Positions 1 through 9,784 of a stretch of 64,000 nucleotides of DNA are shown one piece after another (the stretch's first letter is position 1; every line of letters begins with the position of its first letter). The position numbers and the translations under genes were made by a program. Source of the DNA: an uncultured delta proteobacterium (GTDB lineage: Bacteria; Myxococcota_A; Polyangia; Polyangiales; JAFGIB01); the NCBI GenBank assembly GCA_963778655.1, contig CAVZVA010000009.1, forward strand, positions 1,024,001 to 1,088,000, written 5' to 3'. The notes beneath the pieces were generated by a model. It saw only the letters and a list, made by a program, of their open reading frames with translations. It had not been told where the DNA came from and made no database searches.

Positions 1-962
1 CGGCGCTCGGATTACCGGACTTCGTACGCGCACCGATGGAGCCCGGGTTCTACGTCAGCCTGGACGGCGGCGAGCCGACGGACGAGGACGGCTTCGCCCG
101 CACGGTGCGCGGCGCCTACGTGGAGACCGCCGCGCTCGGCGAGGTCACGCTCGGGGCCGCGCCCGGCGTGGTGCTGCACGGGCCGGACGACCTGCCGCTC
201 GGGATCGCGTATCGCGGCGAGACCACATTGCTGCGGCGCGACGCGCTCGATGGCGAGCTGCGTCCCGCTGCCACGCTACCGCGCTTCGGCAGCGTGCGCC
301 TGACCGAGACGCGGGTGCAGAGCGGCAAGCGCAGCTACTTGCTGACGCGCGATGGCTTCTTCGTCGCCGAATCGCAGCTGCGCGTGGTGCGCGTGCCGGC
401 GCGGCCTCCGCTGGTGCCCAGGCGCGCGCGCTTCATCCACGTCGACCTGGAGCAGCAGGCGTTGATCGCCTATGAGGGGCCGCGTCCGGTGTTTGCGACG
501 CTGGTGTCGACGGGCAAGCCCGGCTACGACACCCCGCAGGGTATCTACCGCATCTACGCCAAGCACGTCTCGACCACGATGGACGGGCTGGTTCCGCTGC
601 ACAAGGACGCGCCGGCCGCGGGCGCGGCGGGTGGGTCCGGCAGCGCGGGCAAGGCTCAGGCGCAGGGCCCGGCTGCGGCCGGCGCGCGCCCGTCGCCGCT
701 GGGCACCGCAGGGGGCGACGCCGAGGACGAGGCATACAGCATCGAGGACGTGCCCTGGACCATGTACTTCCAGGGCAGCTACGCCTTGCACGCCGCGTTC
801 TGGCACGACCACTTCGGCCGCGTGCGCAGTCACGGCTGCGTCAATCTTGCCCCGGCCGATGCCCAGTGGCTGTTCCGCTGGAGCACCCCGACGCTGCCCT
901 CGGGCTGGCACGGCGTCGTCGCCACCCGCGACAATCCAGGCACCTGGATCGGAATCGACTGA
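1..962 (+). CDS. L,D-transpeptidase family protein (YkuD domain), probably 5'-truncated by the window edge
   Basis: VDLEQQALIAY..VSTGKPGYDTPQG and the catalytic region ALHAAFWH..SHGCVNL. Confidence 0.85.
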   Translation, partial: ALGLPDFVRAPMEPGFYVSLDGGEPTDEDGFARTVRGAYVETAALGEVTLGAAPGVVLHGPDDLPLGIAYRGETTLLRRDALDGELRPAATLPRFGSVRLTETRVQSGKRSYLLTRDGFFVAESQLRVVRVPARPPLVPRRARFIHVDLEQQALIAYEGPRPVFATLVSTGKPGYDTPQGIYRIYAKHVSTTMDGLVPLHKDAPAAGAAGGSGSAGKAQAQGPAAAGARPSPLGTAGGDAEDEAYSIEDVPWTMYFQGSYALHAAFWHDHFGRVRSHGCVNLAPADAQWLFRWSTPTLPSGWHGVVATRDNPGTWIGID

Positions 963-1000
963 GCCCCCTCCCAGTCGCGGTCGCAGTCGCAGCCCCCGCC

Positions 1001-2929
1001 TCAGCGCGCGAGCAGCCCGTCGACCAGGCGGCGGACGGCGGCCACGTCGAAGGGCTTGTCGATGCGCGGATTGTCGACCTTCTGCAGGAAGCGATCGGCT
1101 TCGGGCAGAAAGGCGCCGCCGGACATGAACGCGAAGCGCGGCGCCAGCTCCGGTCGCGTGCGCCGCACGTGCTCGAACAGCTGCATCCCGGTCTCGCCCG
1201 GCATGACCAGATCGCACAACACGACGTCGAAATGCTCGCCGCTCTCGATCCGCTTGCGCGCGTCGGCGGCGTTGCCGAACGCGATCACCTCGTGGTCGTC
1301 GCCGAGCGCCGCCGCCAGCGAGTCGATCACCGCGCGCTCATCGTCGACGAGCAACACCCGCCCGCGGCGCGCGGCCGGAAAAGGCGCCGGCGTCGCCACC
1401 CGCACCGGGCGCGCCTCGCCGCTGCGCGCGCGCAGCACCACCGTTACGCAGGTGCCCGCCCCGGGCTCGCTCTCGATCTGAATGTCGCCGCCGGCGGCGC
1501 CCACGATGCCATGGCAGATCGGCAGCCCCAGCCCGGTCCCCACCCCGGTCGGCTTGGTGGTGAAGAAGGGGTCGAACACGCGCTTGAGCACGTCCTTGCT
1601 CATGCCGATGCCGTTGTCTTTCACCTTGGCCACCACCGTGTCCGCGGCGCCGCGTTGCAGCGAGACCTCGATCACGTTGCGCTGCGGGTCGAGATCCTGC
1701 ACCGCGTGTGCCGCGTTGATCAGCAGGTTCAAGAACAGCTGCTCCAGGCGCGTGGCGTTGCCGTGCACCGGCGGTAGCGGCTCGATCTGCTTGTCGATGC
1801 GCGCGCGGTGACGGATCTCGTGGCGCGCCATGTGCAGCGCGGCCTCGACCGCGGCCTCGAGATCGACCGGGCCGTAGATGCCGTCGTGCTTGCGGGTAAA
1901 GGTCTGCAGGTCGCGCACGATGGTCTTGACGCGCTCTGCGCCCTGCTTGGTCTCGCGCAGGCGCTTGAGCATCGGGTCGAGCCGGCTGGGGTCGCCCACC
2001 AGCTTGGGCAGCTCCCGAATCAGGAACTCGAGGTTCAACATCAGGTAGGCCAGCGGGTTGTTGATCTCGTGCGCCACGCCGGCCGCCAGCGTCCCCACCG
2101 CGGCCAGCTTGTCGGCTTCCATCAGCTGCGCGAGCATCGCCTTGCGCTCGGTCACGTCGCGCGCGAACGCCAGCACCGCCGGCGCCCCTTCGTACTCGAT
2201 CGGGATCGCCGAGATCTCCACGGTGAGCTCGCGCCCCTCGGTGTCGCGGCTGCGATACTCGGTCGATCCCAGACGCGCGCCGTGCATCCGCTGCTCCACG
2301 CGCTCGCTGGCGCGCTCCGCCTCGGTCGGCTCCAGGCGGCTCAGGATGCTGGCTCCGACCGCCTGTTGCGGCGACTTGAAGCCGAGCATGCGCGCGGCGG
2401 CCGGGTTGACGAACAGGATGGTGGGCCAGCGCATGATGGCCACGCCGTCGGGCGCGTTCTCGATCAGGGAGCGGAAGTTGGCCTCCGAGCGGCGCAACGC
2501 GTCCTCGGCGCTCCGGCGATGGCTGATGTCGAACAGAAAGGTGACGTTGGCCACGCGCCCTTCGATCGCGATCGGCGTGATCGAGATCTCGACCGGCACG
2601 CGCCGCCCATCGGTCCGCACGATCGCGCTCTCGAACGTCTGCGGCGAGGTGTCGCCGCGCAGGCGCTGCTCGTGAATCTGCATCAAGCGCGGCCGCTCCT
2701 CGGGTGGAAACGAAGCCCAGACCGAGCGTTCCATGATGGTCTCGAGGCTTTCGCCGAGCAGGCGCTCGGTGCCCTTGTTCAGGTAGACGACGTTGACGCG
2801 ATTGGGTGAGGCCGGGTCCGCGTACGAAATGCAGACGCACATTCCGACGTTGTCCGCGGCCGCGGCCAGCGCCTCGAACACGAGAGCTGAGCGCGGACCG
2901 GCGGCCGCATCCTTGCCGCTGTCATCCAC
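1001..2929 (-). CDS. Hybrid sensor histidine kinase (PAS-PAS-HisKA-HATPase-REC)
   Basis: H-box AHEINNPL, N-box NLLINAAHA, G-boxes DNGIG, FFTTK and GTGLGL, C-terminal receiver (VDDE..DLVMP); start inferred at GTG 2929. Confidence 0.9.
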   Translation of the reverse strand: MDDSGKDAAAGPRSALVFEALAAAADNVGMCVCISYADPASPNRVNVVYLNKGTERLLGESLETIMERSVWASFPPEERPRLMQIHEQRLRGDTSPQTFESAIVRTDGRRVPVEISITPIAIEGRVANVTFLFDISHRRSAEDALRRSEANFRSLIENAPDGVAIMRWPTILFVNPAAARMLGFKSPQQAVGASILSRLEPTEAERASERVEQRMHGARLGSTEYRSRDTEGRELTVEISAIPIEYEGAPAVLAFARDVTERKAMLAQLMEADKLAAVGTLAAGVAHEINNPLAYLMLNLEFLIRELPKLVGDPSRLDPMLKRLRETKQGAERVKTIVRDLQTFTRKHDGIYGPVDLEAAVEAALHMARHEIRHRARIDKQIEPLPPVHGNATRLEQLFLNLLINAAHAVQDLDPQRNVIEVSLQRGAADTVVAKVKDNGIGMSKDVLKRVFDPFFTTKPTGVGTGLGLPICHGIVGAAGGDIQIESEPGAGTCVTVVLRARSGEARPVRVATPAPFPAARRGRVLLVDDERAVIDSLAAALGDDHEVIAFGNAADARKRIESGEHFDVVLCDLVMPGETGMQLFEHVRRTRPELAPRFAFMSGGAFLPEADRFLQKVDNPRIDKPFDVAAVRRLVDGLLAR

Positions 2930-3201
2930 CAGTCGATGATAGTCCGAGCCACAACACCGTGGCCCTGAGCAGGCGTCCAGTACGCGGTCGCCGGAGCCCG
3001 TGATAGAGGGCAGGTCGCAAACCGCAAGCGGCGCTCCGTAGCCGCTGGCGCCCTCTGCGGCGGGGGCCTCGAAGCCCCCGGCACTGTTTTGGCCCTCGCG
3101 GCGCGGTCGAGGACGCCGCGACCGAAATCCGCACGCACGGGGGTGTGAGATGCGCTCAGGCAAGCAACAGGCGGGCGATCCCTGCCGATAGAGGGGGCAC
3201 G

Positions 3202-5136
3202 ATGCGCGCAGCTCGAGCCAAACACCCGATGCCCGTGGCCCGCCGTTGCGGCCGCGCCGGGGCATGGCTGCTGCTGGCGCTGCTGGTCGGCCTGCCCGTG
3301 CGCGCGCGTGCCGAGCCGGGCGCGTGGCTGCTGCTCTCGTCGGCCGTCGCCCACGAAGGCGCGGGCACGCCGATCGCCCGGCGCGCGGCCCAGCAGCTGG
3401 CCCGGGCGCTGGGCACCGGCTCGGTGCGGCTGGTCTCGCCGGCGCGCGCGCGCGCCGAATTCGAGCAGCGCGGCTCGACCGCCCCGCTGATGGTCAGCCA
3501 CGGCGACCTCGACGCGCTGGCGCGCGACACGCAGATGGCGCTCTACCACGTGGCCAGCGGGTTGCCCGCCAAGGCGCGGCAGGACGTGGAACGGGCGCTG
3601 ACGCGCGCCGACAAGGTGCTCGAGTCGCTCAATCGCGAATCGCTTGCCGCCCAGCAGCTGCTCGACGCCTGCCTCTACCTGGTGCGCGCCCAGCTGCAGA
3701 GCGGCCAGCGCCAGGCCGCGCGAGAGCAGGCGCTGCAGTGCCGGCGTCGCGTGCCCGACATCGAGCCCGACGGCACGATGCACCCGCCGGAGGTGATCGG
3801 CATCCTGGCCGAGGCCGAGGCCGAGCTGCGCCAGCGCGAGCCGGGCTCGCTGCGCGTGGAGAGCCTGCCCTCGGGTTGCGCGGTCTACGTCAACGGTCGC
3901 CATTTGGGCGAGGCGCCGCTGGAGCTGCCGCAGCTCGGGCCCGGCGAGTATCGGCTGCAGGCCGAGTGCCAGGAGGGCACCGCGGGCCGCGTGCACCGCG
4001 TAACCATCGGCAGCACGCGCGTGGTCAAGCGCATCGATACGCGCTTCGATGCCGCGGTGCAGACCTCGCTCGACCTGTCGCTGCGCTACGACTCGGCTGC
4101 GGCGCAGCACGGCCACGCGTACAGCGACGCGGTCGAGGTCGGACGCGTGGTCGGCGCGGGCGAGGTGCTGCTGCTGCTTCCGGTGATCGACGCCGCGGAC
4201 AAGCCTACCGACGTGGTGCAGGTCGACCGCATCCGCGTGCTCGACGGGCATTTGCTGGGCGCGATTCGGTTGCGCGTGGACGGTGCGGGCGCGATCGACG
4301 CCAAGGCGCTGTCCGCGGCCGTGCGCGGGCTGCGGCGCGGCGAGCAGATAAGCTACGCGGGCGCAGGCGCCGCGCCGCTGGCTGAATTGCAGGTGCCCGC
4401 GCAGATCCCGGCAGAGGATGCGACCCCGGACAAGGGACGCGCTGCCAAGACGGCGGCCGCGAAGGCCGCGCCCGCCGCGCGCGCGGCGGGCACCTTGCCG
4501 CCGCCCCCGCCGGCAGGCGAGCCGGCGGCCGAGCCGCAGCCGCCATCCGTCGCCGGAGGCGCCACCCCGCCCAGGGACAAGGGCGGCTGGTCGCCCGAGC
4601 CGCTGGGCATTGGGCTGGGCGCCGCGGGCGCGGTGGCCACGCTGGTCGGCTGGGGCCTGTTCGCGCACCAATACGCCCTCGAGCTGCGCTACAGCTCGCA
4701 GAAGAACGCCGGGCTGAGCTACGCGAACACGTTGAGCGAGCTCAACGCGTTCGAGCCCGTGCCGCTGGCGGTGGAGGCGGGCGGCGCGGCCTTGCTCACC
4801 GCCTCGCTGCCCTGGCTGCTGCCGCCAGCGCCACCGCACCATGTGCCGACCTGGGGCATCGTCGCCGGCGGGGCAGGGGGCGCGCTGGCGATCGCCGGGA
4901 CCGTATTTCTGGTGCGCGGCGCGCAGTGCGATCGCTTCGACATCGAAGGCCGCTGCAGCGATATTCTGGCGACCACGCGCTTCGGCGCGCTGCTGCTGAC
5001 CGGCTCGCTGCCCTTTCTCGGCGTGCCGGTCGTCTATTTGTTGCGCGGCCCAGGGCAGGGGCGCGATACCAACGTCTCGCTGCAGCCAGCGCCAGGCGGG
5101 CGCGGCGCGCAGCTGATCTGGAGGGGCAACCTGTGA
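3202..5136 (+). CDS. PEGA-domain protein with signal peptide, helical region, Pro/Ala linker and C-terminal hydrophobic segments
   Basis: PEGA-like GSLRVESLPSGCAVYVNGRHLGEAP..PGEYRL; GAGGGGG upstream of ATG 3202. Confidence 0.75.
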   Translation: MRAARAKHPMPVARRCGRAGAWLLLALLVGLPVRARAEPGAWLLLSSAVAHEGAGTPIARRAAQQLARALGTGSVRLVSPARARAEFEQRGSTAPLMVSHGDLDALARDTQMALYHVASGLPAKARQDVERALTRADKVLESLNRESLAAQQLLDACLYLVRAQLQSGQRQAAREQALQCRRRVPDIEPDGTMHPPEVIGILAEAEAELRQREPGSLRVESLPSGCAVYVNGRHLGEAPLELPQLGPGEYRLQAECQEGTAGRVHRVTIGSTRVVKRIDTRFDAAVQTSLDLSLRYDSAAAQHGHAYSDAVEVGRVVGAGEVLLLLPVIDAADKPTDVVQVDRIRVLDGHLLGAIRLRVDGAGAIDAKALSAAVRGLRRGEQISYAGAGAAPLAELQVPAQIPAEDATPDKGRAAKTAAAKAAPAARAAGTLPPPPPAGEPAAEPQPPSVAGGATPPRDKGGWSPEPLGIGLGAAGAVATLVGWGLFAHQYALELRYSSQKNAGLSYANTLSELNAFEPVPLAVEAGGAALLTASLPWLLPPAPPHHVPTWGIVAGGAGGALAIAGTVFLVRGAQCDRFDIEGRCSDILATTRFGALLLTGSLPFLGVPVVYLLRGPGQGRDTNVSLQPAPGGRGAQLIWRGNL

Positions 5137-6263
5137 CCCAAGCGCGTGGAGGCTCGAGCATGGCGGCGCGCCCGCGCGTCCGGGCGGCAGGCGCGGCGCT
5201 GCGGAAGGCGCGGGCGCGGTCGAGCGGCGCCGCCGCGGGGCTGGCGCTCGGCCTTGCGCTCGCGCTGGGGCCCGCGACGGTGCGCGCGGAGACGGCGGTG
5301 CTGCTACCCCACCGCGGCGACGACGGGCTGGTCGAGCAGCGCCAGCAGGCCCAGCAGGTGCTGTCGCAGACGCTGGCCGCGCAGGGCATCCGCGTGCTGA
5401 GCGTGACCGAGGCGGCGAGCCAGATCAGCGGCGGCGGCGCCGCCGCCGAGTGCACGACCCTGGACTGCGCGCCCGCGCTGCTGCAGGCCAGCGGCGCCGA
5501 CTCGGCGGCCGTGCTCGCGCTTTGGGCCACTGGCTCGCCACCTGTGCCGGGTACGGTATTCGTCACGCTGGTCGATCGGCGCGGCGATCGCTATCCGGGC
5601 AAGGCCACCATCGACCACGGCGACTTCGCCGCCGCCACCAAGCAGGCGCTGCTCGACGCGCGCGCGCTGCAGCTGCTCGGGCCCGGGCCGTGGCTGCGCG
5701 TTCACGCCAAACCGGACGGCGCGCAGGTCGTGCTCAACGGCAAGCTGGTCGGCACCACGCCCTACCGCGCGGCGGTGGCCTCGGGTCGCTACACGCTCGA
5801 GGTGCGCGCGAAGGGCTCGCGCTCGTACGCGCAGACGGTCGACGTGCCGCCCAACGAGGCGCGTCAGGTGGAGGTCGACGTCGCGCTCAAGCCGCGCGCG
5901 GGCGAGGCCGCCGCGGCCGGTCCGGTCGGCCCCGACGCCTTCGACCTCGACGCGGACACCGGCGCCGAGCCGTCGCGGCCCGTGGTGGGCCCACTGATCC
6001 TGGGGGGCATGGGCGTGGCCGCGCTCACCTATGACGTGGTGGCGCTGGCCGGCAGCGGCTGCGATCACCGCGAGCCCAGCGGCGCGTGCACCAAGAAGAC
6101 CGAGATCAACGCGGCTCCGGCGGCGATCTTCGGCGTGGTGGGCGTGGGCGCGATCGCGGGCGCCGCGCTGTGGTACTTGCTGGGCGAACAGGAGCCCGCG
6201 GGCGAAGCGCGGGTTTCCCTTGCGCCCGGCCCCGGCTCGCTCAATCTCAAGGGCAGCTTCTGA
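5133..6263 (+). CDS. PEGA-domain protein
   Basis: LRVHAKPDGAQVVLNGKLVGTTP..SGRYTLEV; GTG overlaps the upstream TGA; start uncertain. Confidence 0.75.
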   Translation: MTQARGGSSMAARPRVRAAGAALRKARARSSGAAAGLALGLALALGPATVRAETAVLLPHRGDDGLVEQRQQAQQVLSQTLAAQGIRVLSVTEAASQISGGGAAAECTTLDCAPALLQASGADSAAVLALWATGSPPVPGTVFVTLVDRRGDRYPGKATIDHGDFAAATKQALLDARALQLLGPGPWLRVHAKPDGAQVVLNGKLVGTTPYRAAVASGRYTLEVRAKGSRSYAQTVDVPPNEARQVEVDVALKPRAGEAAAAGPVGPDAFDLDADTGAEPSRPVVGPLILGGMGVAALTYDVVALAGSGCDHREPSGACTKKTEINAAPAAIFGVVGVGAIAGAALWYLLGEQEPAGEARVSLAPGPGSLNLKGSF

Positions 6264-6274
6264 GGGACCTTTTC

Positions 6275-7762
6275 ATGACGCTTCGCTTGCCCAAGCTCGC
6301 CACCGTTTGGCTGCTCTCCGCCTTCGCGCTGTCGATCGCGGCCTGTCGCGACATCGCCGCGGTCAAGACCGTGGACCTGTGCCAGGGCGCGACGTTCAGC
6401 GCCGACTGCGCGCAATGTCGCAGCACACCTCCCGATCCGAAGTGCGAGCAGTGCCAGGGCGATCATCCGGCAGCCGCGTGCAAGCAGGCCGGCGATGGCG
6501 GCAGCGGCGGTGCCGGTGCCGCTGGCGGCAAAGGCGGCGCGAGCGGCGGCAGCGGCGGCAGCGGTGGCATGGGCGGCACGGGCGGCACGGGCGGCGACGC
6601 CGCGGCCGACGGGGGCACAGGAGGCGACGCCGGCGACGCGCAAGTCGACGCCGGCCCGTGCGGGACGTGCCCGGCGGCCAAGCCGGCGTGCGTCGACAAC
6701 CAGTGCCAGGAGTGCGGCGGCGACCGGGATTGCACCGGCGCGGCGCGCGCGCACTGCGATACCGACACGCACAGCTGCGTGGCCTGCCTGCAGCCCAGCG
6801 ACTGCGGCGCGAGCAAGCCCGAGTGCGACACCGACACGCACAGCTGCGTGCAGTGCCTGACCAGCGCGGCCTGCCAGAGCGGCGGCAAGCCGCAGTGCGA
6901 CACGGACACGCACAGCTGCGTGCGGTGCCTCGGCAACGGCGACTGCGATGCCGCGAGCCCGCAGTGCAGCACCGGCCACGTCTGCGGCGCCTGCGACGGC
7001 GACGGTGCCTGCAGCGACCGCAGCGACACCCCCCGCTGCGACACCGCGACCGGCTCGAGCACCCGCGGCCAGTGCGTGCAGTGCCTGAGCAGCGCCGACT
7101 GCCAGAGCCCGAGCACCCCGGAGTGCACCAACCGCACCTGCCAGGCCTGCACCAGCGACACCGCCTGCACCGGCCGCACCGGCACCGAAGTCTGCGAAAC
7201 CACCGGCACCGCCCCCATGCACGGCCAGTGCGTGGAGTGCACGGCCACCAAACGCACCGCCTGCGCCAGCTCCGCCAACGCCTGCAAAGTCTCCACCGGC
7301 GCCTGCACGAGCACGGCCTACCAGTCGCTGCTCCCCTGCGCGCCGTGCGAGACGGACGGGGAGTGCCAGCCGGGCACCAAGTGCGTAGTGCAGGAGTTTG
7401 GCAGCCAGATGCTGGGACCGTATTGCTTCTACGAGCAGAGCCCCAATGGCTGCGCGGACACCAACCTGCAAGCGCGCCCCTACAGCAACCCCGTGGCCAC
7501 GACCAGCATCGACGGCGCCAGCTCCACCTACTGCCTACCGCCCCCAACGACGACCTGCGCCGGGATCGCAGACGCGACGAACTGGGACGGCCAAGGTGGC
7601 GGTGCGAAGACTTGCAGCATGCCCGACGATTGCGGCGAGAACGACATCAGTGACGGGACCTGCGGGGCCAACGGCAAGTGTACGTACAGTTGCAACGCCG
7701 GCCCGGACTGCCCCGGGACCTTTCCGACGTGTCCCTCAAGCGGCACAAAGATCTGCCAATAG
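6275..7762 (+). CDS. Cysteine-rich repeat lipoprotein (paralog A)
   Basis: Lipobox-like IAAC after a hydrophobic leader, Gly-rich linker, repeated CDTDTHSCV modules. Confidence 0.8.
   Translation: MTLRLPKLATVWLLSAFALSIAACRDIAAVKTVDLCQGATFSADCAQCRSTPPDPKCEQCQGDHPAAACKQAGDGGSGGAGAAGGKGGASGGSGGSGGMGGTGGTGGDAAADGGTGGDAGDAQVDAGPCGTCPAAKPACVDNQCQECGGDRDCTGAARAHCDTDTHSCVACLQPSDCGASKPECDTDTHSCVQCLTSAACQSGGKPQCDTDTHSCVRCLGNGDCDAASPQCSTGHVCGACDGDGACSDRSDTPRCDTATGSSTRGQCVQCLSSADCQSPSTPECTNRTCQACTSDTACTGRTGTEVCETTGTAPMHGQCVECTATKRTACASSANACKVSTGACTSTAYQSLLPCAPCETDGECQPGTKCVVQEFGSQMLGPYCFYEQSPNGCADTNLQARPYSNPVATTSIDGASSTYCLPPPTTTCAGIADATNWDGQGGGAKTCSMPDDCGENDISDGTCGANGKCTYSCNAGPDCPGTFPTCPSSGTKICQ
6625..7366 (+). 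repeat. Direct repeat copy 1 (742 bp), near-identical to 8033-8774
   Basis: Ungapped alignment at offset 1408 with about 6 substitutions counted by eye. Confidence 0.9.
7475..7578 (+). repeat. Second shared block copy 1 (104 bp), matches 8895-8998
   Basis: cgcccctacagcaaccccgtggcc...gcagacgcgac, 2 substitutions seen. Confidence 0.9.
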
Positions 7763-7859
7763 TTCCACTTCCCTACCGTCGAGCATGGCTGCCCGACCCT
7801 GCCGCTCGGACACTCCCAACTCTCCTTCGAGTGGCAACAAGTACTGCCAAGAGTTTCCA

Positions 7860-9197
7860 ATGTTGCAGCGTTCCGCGTCCCTGCTCGCGCTCATGCTCGC
7901 TGCCTGCGTGCCGACTAAACACCCTGACCCGACCTCAGATGGCGGCGCGACTTTGATGGACAGCACACGTAAGGTTACGAACGGCGGCGGCGGCACCGGA
8001 GGCGACGCCGCGATCGAGGGCGGACACCTCACCGACGCCGGCGACGCGCAAGTCGACGCCGGCCCGTGCGGGACGTGCCCGGCGGCCAAGCCGGCGTGCG
8101 TCGACAACCAGTGCCAGGAGTGCGGCGGCGACCGGGATTGCACCGGCGCGGCGCGCGCGCACTGCGATACCGACACGCACAGCTGCGTGGCGTGCCTGCA
8201 GCCCAGCGACTGCGGCGCGAGCAAGCCCGAGTGCGACACCGACACGCACAGCTGCGTGCAGTGCCTGACCAGCGCGGCCTGCCAGAGCAGCGGCAAGCCG
8301 CAGTGCGACACGGACACGCACAGCTGCGTGCAGTGCCTCGACAACGGCGACTGCGATGCCGCGAGCCCGCAGTGCAGCACCGGCCACGTCTGCGGCGCCT
8401 GCGACGGCGACGGTGCCTGCAGCGACCGCAGCGACACCCCCCGCTGCGACACCGCGACCGGCTCGAGCACCCGCGGCCAGTGCGTGCAGTGCCTGAGCAG
8501 CGCCGACTGCCAGAGCCCGAGCACCCCGGAGTGCACCAACCGCACCTGCCAGGCCTGCACCAGCGACACCGCCTGCACCGGCCGCACCGGCACCGAAGTC
8601 TGCGAAACCACCGGCACCGCCCCCATGCACGGCCAGTGCGTGGAGTGCACGGCCACCAAACGCACCGCCTGCGCCAGCTCCGCCAACGCTTGCAAAGTCT
8701 CCACCGGCGCCTGCACCAGCACGGCCTACCAGTCGCTGCTCCCCTGCGCGCCGTGCGAGACGGACGGGGAGTGCGTCCAAGGCGCCAAGTGCGTGGTCGA
8801 AGATTTCGACAGCACCCACGCGCTGGGGCCGTATTGCTTCATCGACAGCGCTGTGCAGGGCGGGTGCGTGGACGCGACCCATACGCTCTACCAACGCCCC
8901 TACAGCAACCCCGTGGCCACGACCAGCATCGACGGCGCCAGCTCCACCTACTGCCTACCGCCCCCGACCACGACCTGCGCCGGGATCGCAGACGCGACCG
9001 CGCAGGGCACCTCGGGAGGGAAAACGTGTTCCGTGCCAGACGATTGCGGCGAGTCAGGACTGGCCGACGGGTTGTGCGGTGACGCCACCAGTGGCGCGGC
9101 GGATGGCAAGTGCACGTACACGTGCGACACCAATGCCGACTGCCCATCTAGTGGCTTCACGACGTGCGCCACCAGCGGCACCAAGCTTTGCAAGTGA
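7860..9197 (+). CDS. Cysteine-rich repeat lipoprotein (paralog B)
   Basis: MLQRSASLLALMLAAC lipobox; core nearly identical to paralog A. Confidence 0.8.
   Translation: MLQRSASLLALMLAACVPTKHPDPTSDGGATLMDSTRKVTNGGGGTGGDAAIEGGHLTDAGDAQVDAGPCGTCPAAKPACVDNQCQECGGDRDCTGAARAHCDTDTHSCVACLQPSDCGASKPECDTDTHSCVQCLTSAACQSSGKPQCDTDTHSCVQCLDNGDCDAASPQCSTGHVCGACDGDGACSDRSDTPRCDTATGSSTRGQCVQCLSSADCQSPSTPECTNRTCQACTSDTACTGRTGTEVCETTGTAPMHGQCVECTATKRTACASSANACKVSTGACTSTAYQSLLPCAPCETDGECVQGAKCVVEDFDSTHALGPYCFIDSAVQGGCVDATHTLYQRPYSNPVATTSIDGASSTYCLPPPTTTCAGIADATAQGTSGGKTCSVPDDCGESGLADGLCGDATSGAADGKCTYTCDTNADCPSSGFTTCATSGTKLCK
8033..8774 (+). repeat. Direct repeat copy 2 (742 bp)
   Basis: Matches 6625-7366. Confidence 0.9.
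8895..8998 (+). repeat. Second shared block copy 2 (104 bp)
   Basis: Matches 7475-7578. Confidence 0.9.
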
Positions 9198-9784
9198 TTC
9201 ACCTGCGGCGAGGCCACGCGCGGCGACCGCCAGGCCGGCGACCGCGTGCTCCGCGCGGGAGTCCCAGAGCGTTGCGAGGTTGATTTGCCTCGCCCTGAAC
9301 GCTGGCGTCCTGCACGGATCGTGTCGGCGAGCGCGTCGGGGTTGGGCCTCGCGCGCAGTGGGCCACGCCAACGTGATCTAGGTGAGATCTAGGCGCGCTG
9401 TGCACTTTCGATCTCGCCAGCGTGACCATCGGCATCGTTTTCTTGATGCTGTTTCGTGACCAGCGTCACGCGCCGGAATGCACCACTGCGCATCGGCAGC
9501 CGCCCCGGCCCGGTCGCGTCCGGCTCAGTGGCGCCCTCGGCTCCGGCGGAGCGCCCATGACGCGACTTGGCCAGTTGGCCGTGTCGCACCGCGTCGCCCT
9601 TGCCGCACCGGCAAATTTGCAGAAATCCACCCACGAGGGATCGAGGGGCCCCGGCTTCGCGTCGCGTTGACCTTCTTGGCGCTCTTGCGCTAGGAGTCGC
9701 GCAATCGACGCAACTGCGCGGGGCCGGCGTTCGATAAGGTCGCAAAGCTCAATCGCTTGAAGGCCGCGAGGCCGGGGAGTCGCC

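Noticed and set aside
6750..6925. CRISPR-like short repeats (tgcgacaccgacacgcacagctgcgtg)
   Set aside because: In-frame coding repeats (CDTDTHSCV) inside Cys-rich genes; only three per gene; no cas genes.
6625..8998. Diversity-generating retroelement (template/variable repeat pair)
   Set aside because: Differences are not adenine-specific, include indels, both copies are coding, and no reverse transcriptase is in the window.
9600..9760. Possible c-di-GMP-I riboswitch (GGCAAA...GTCGCAAAGC)
   Set aside because: Spacing, GAAA tetraloop stem and second stem do not fit the consensus.
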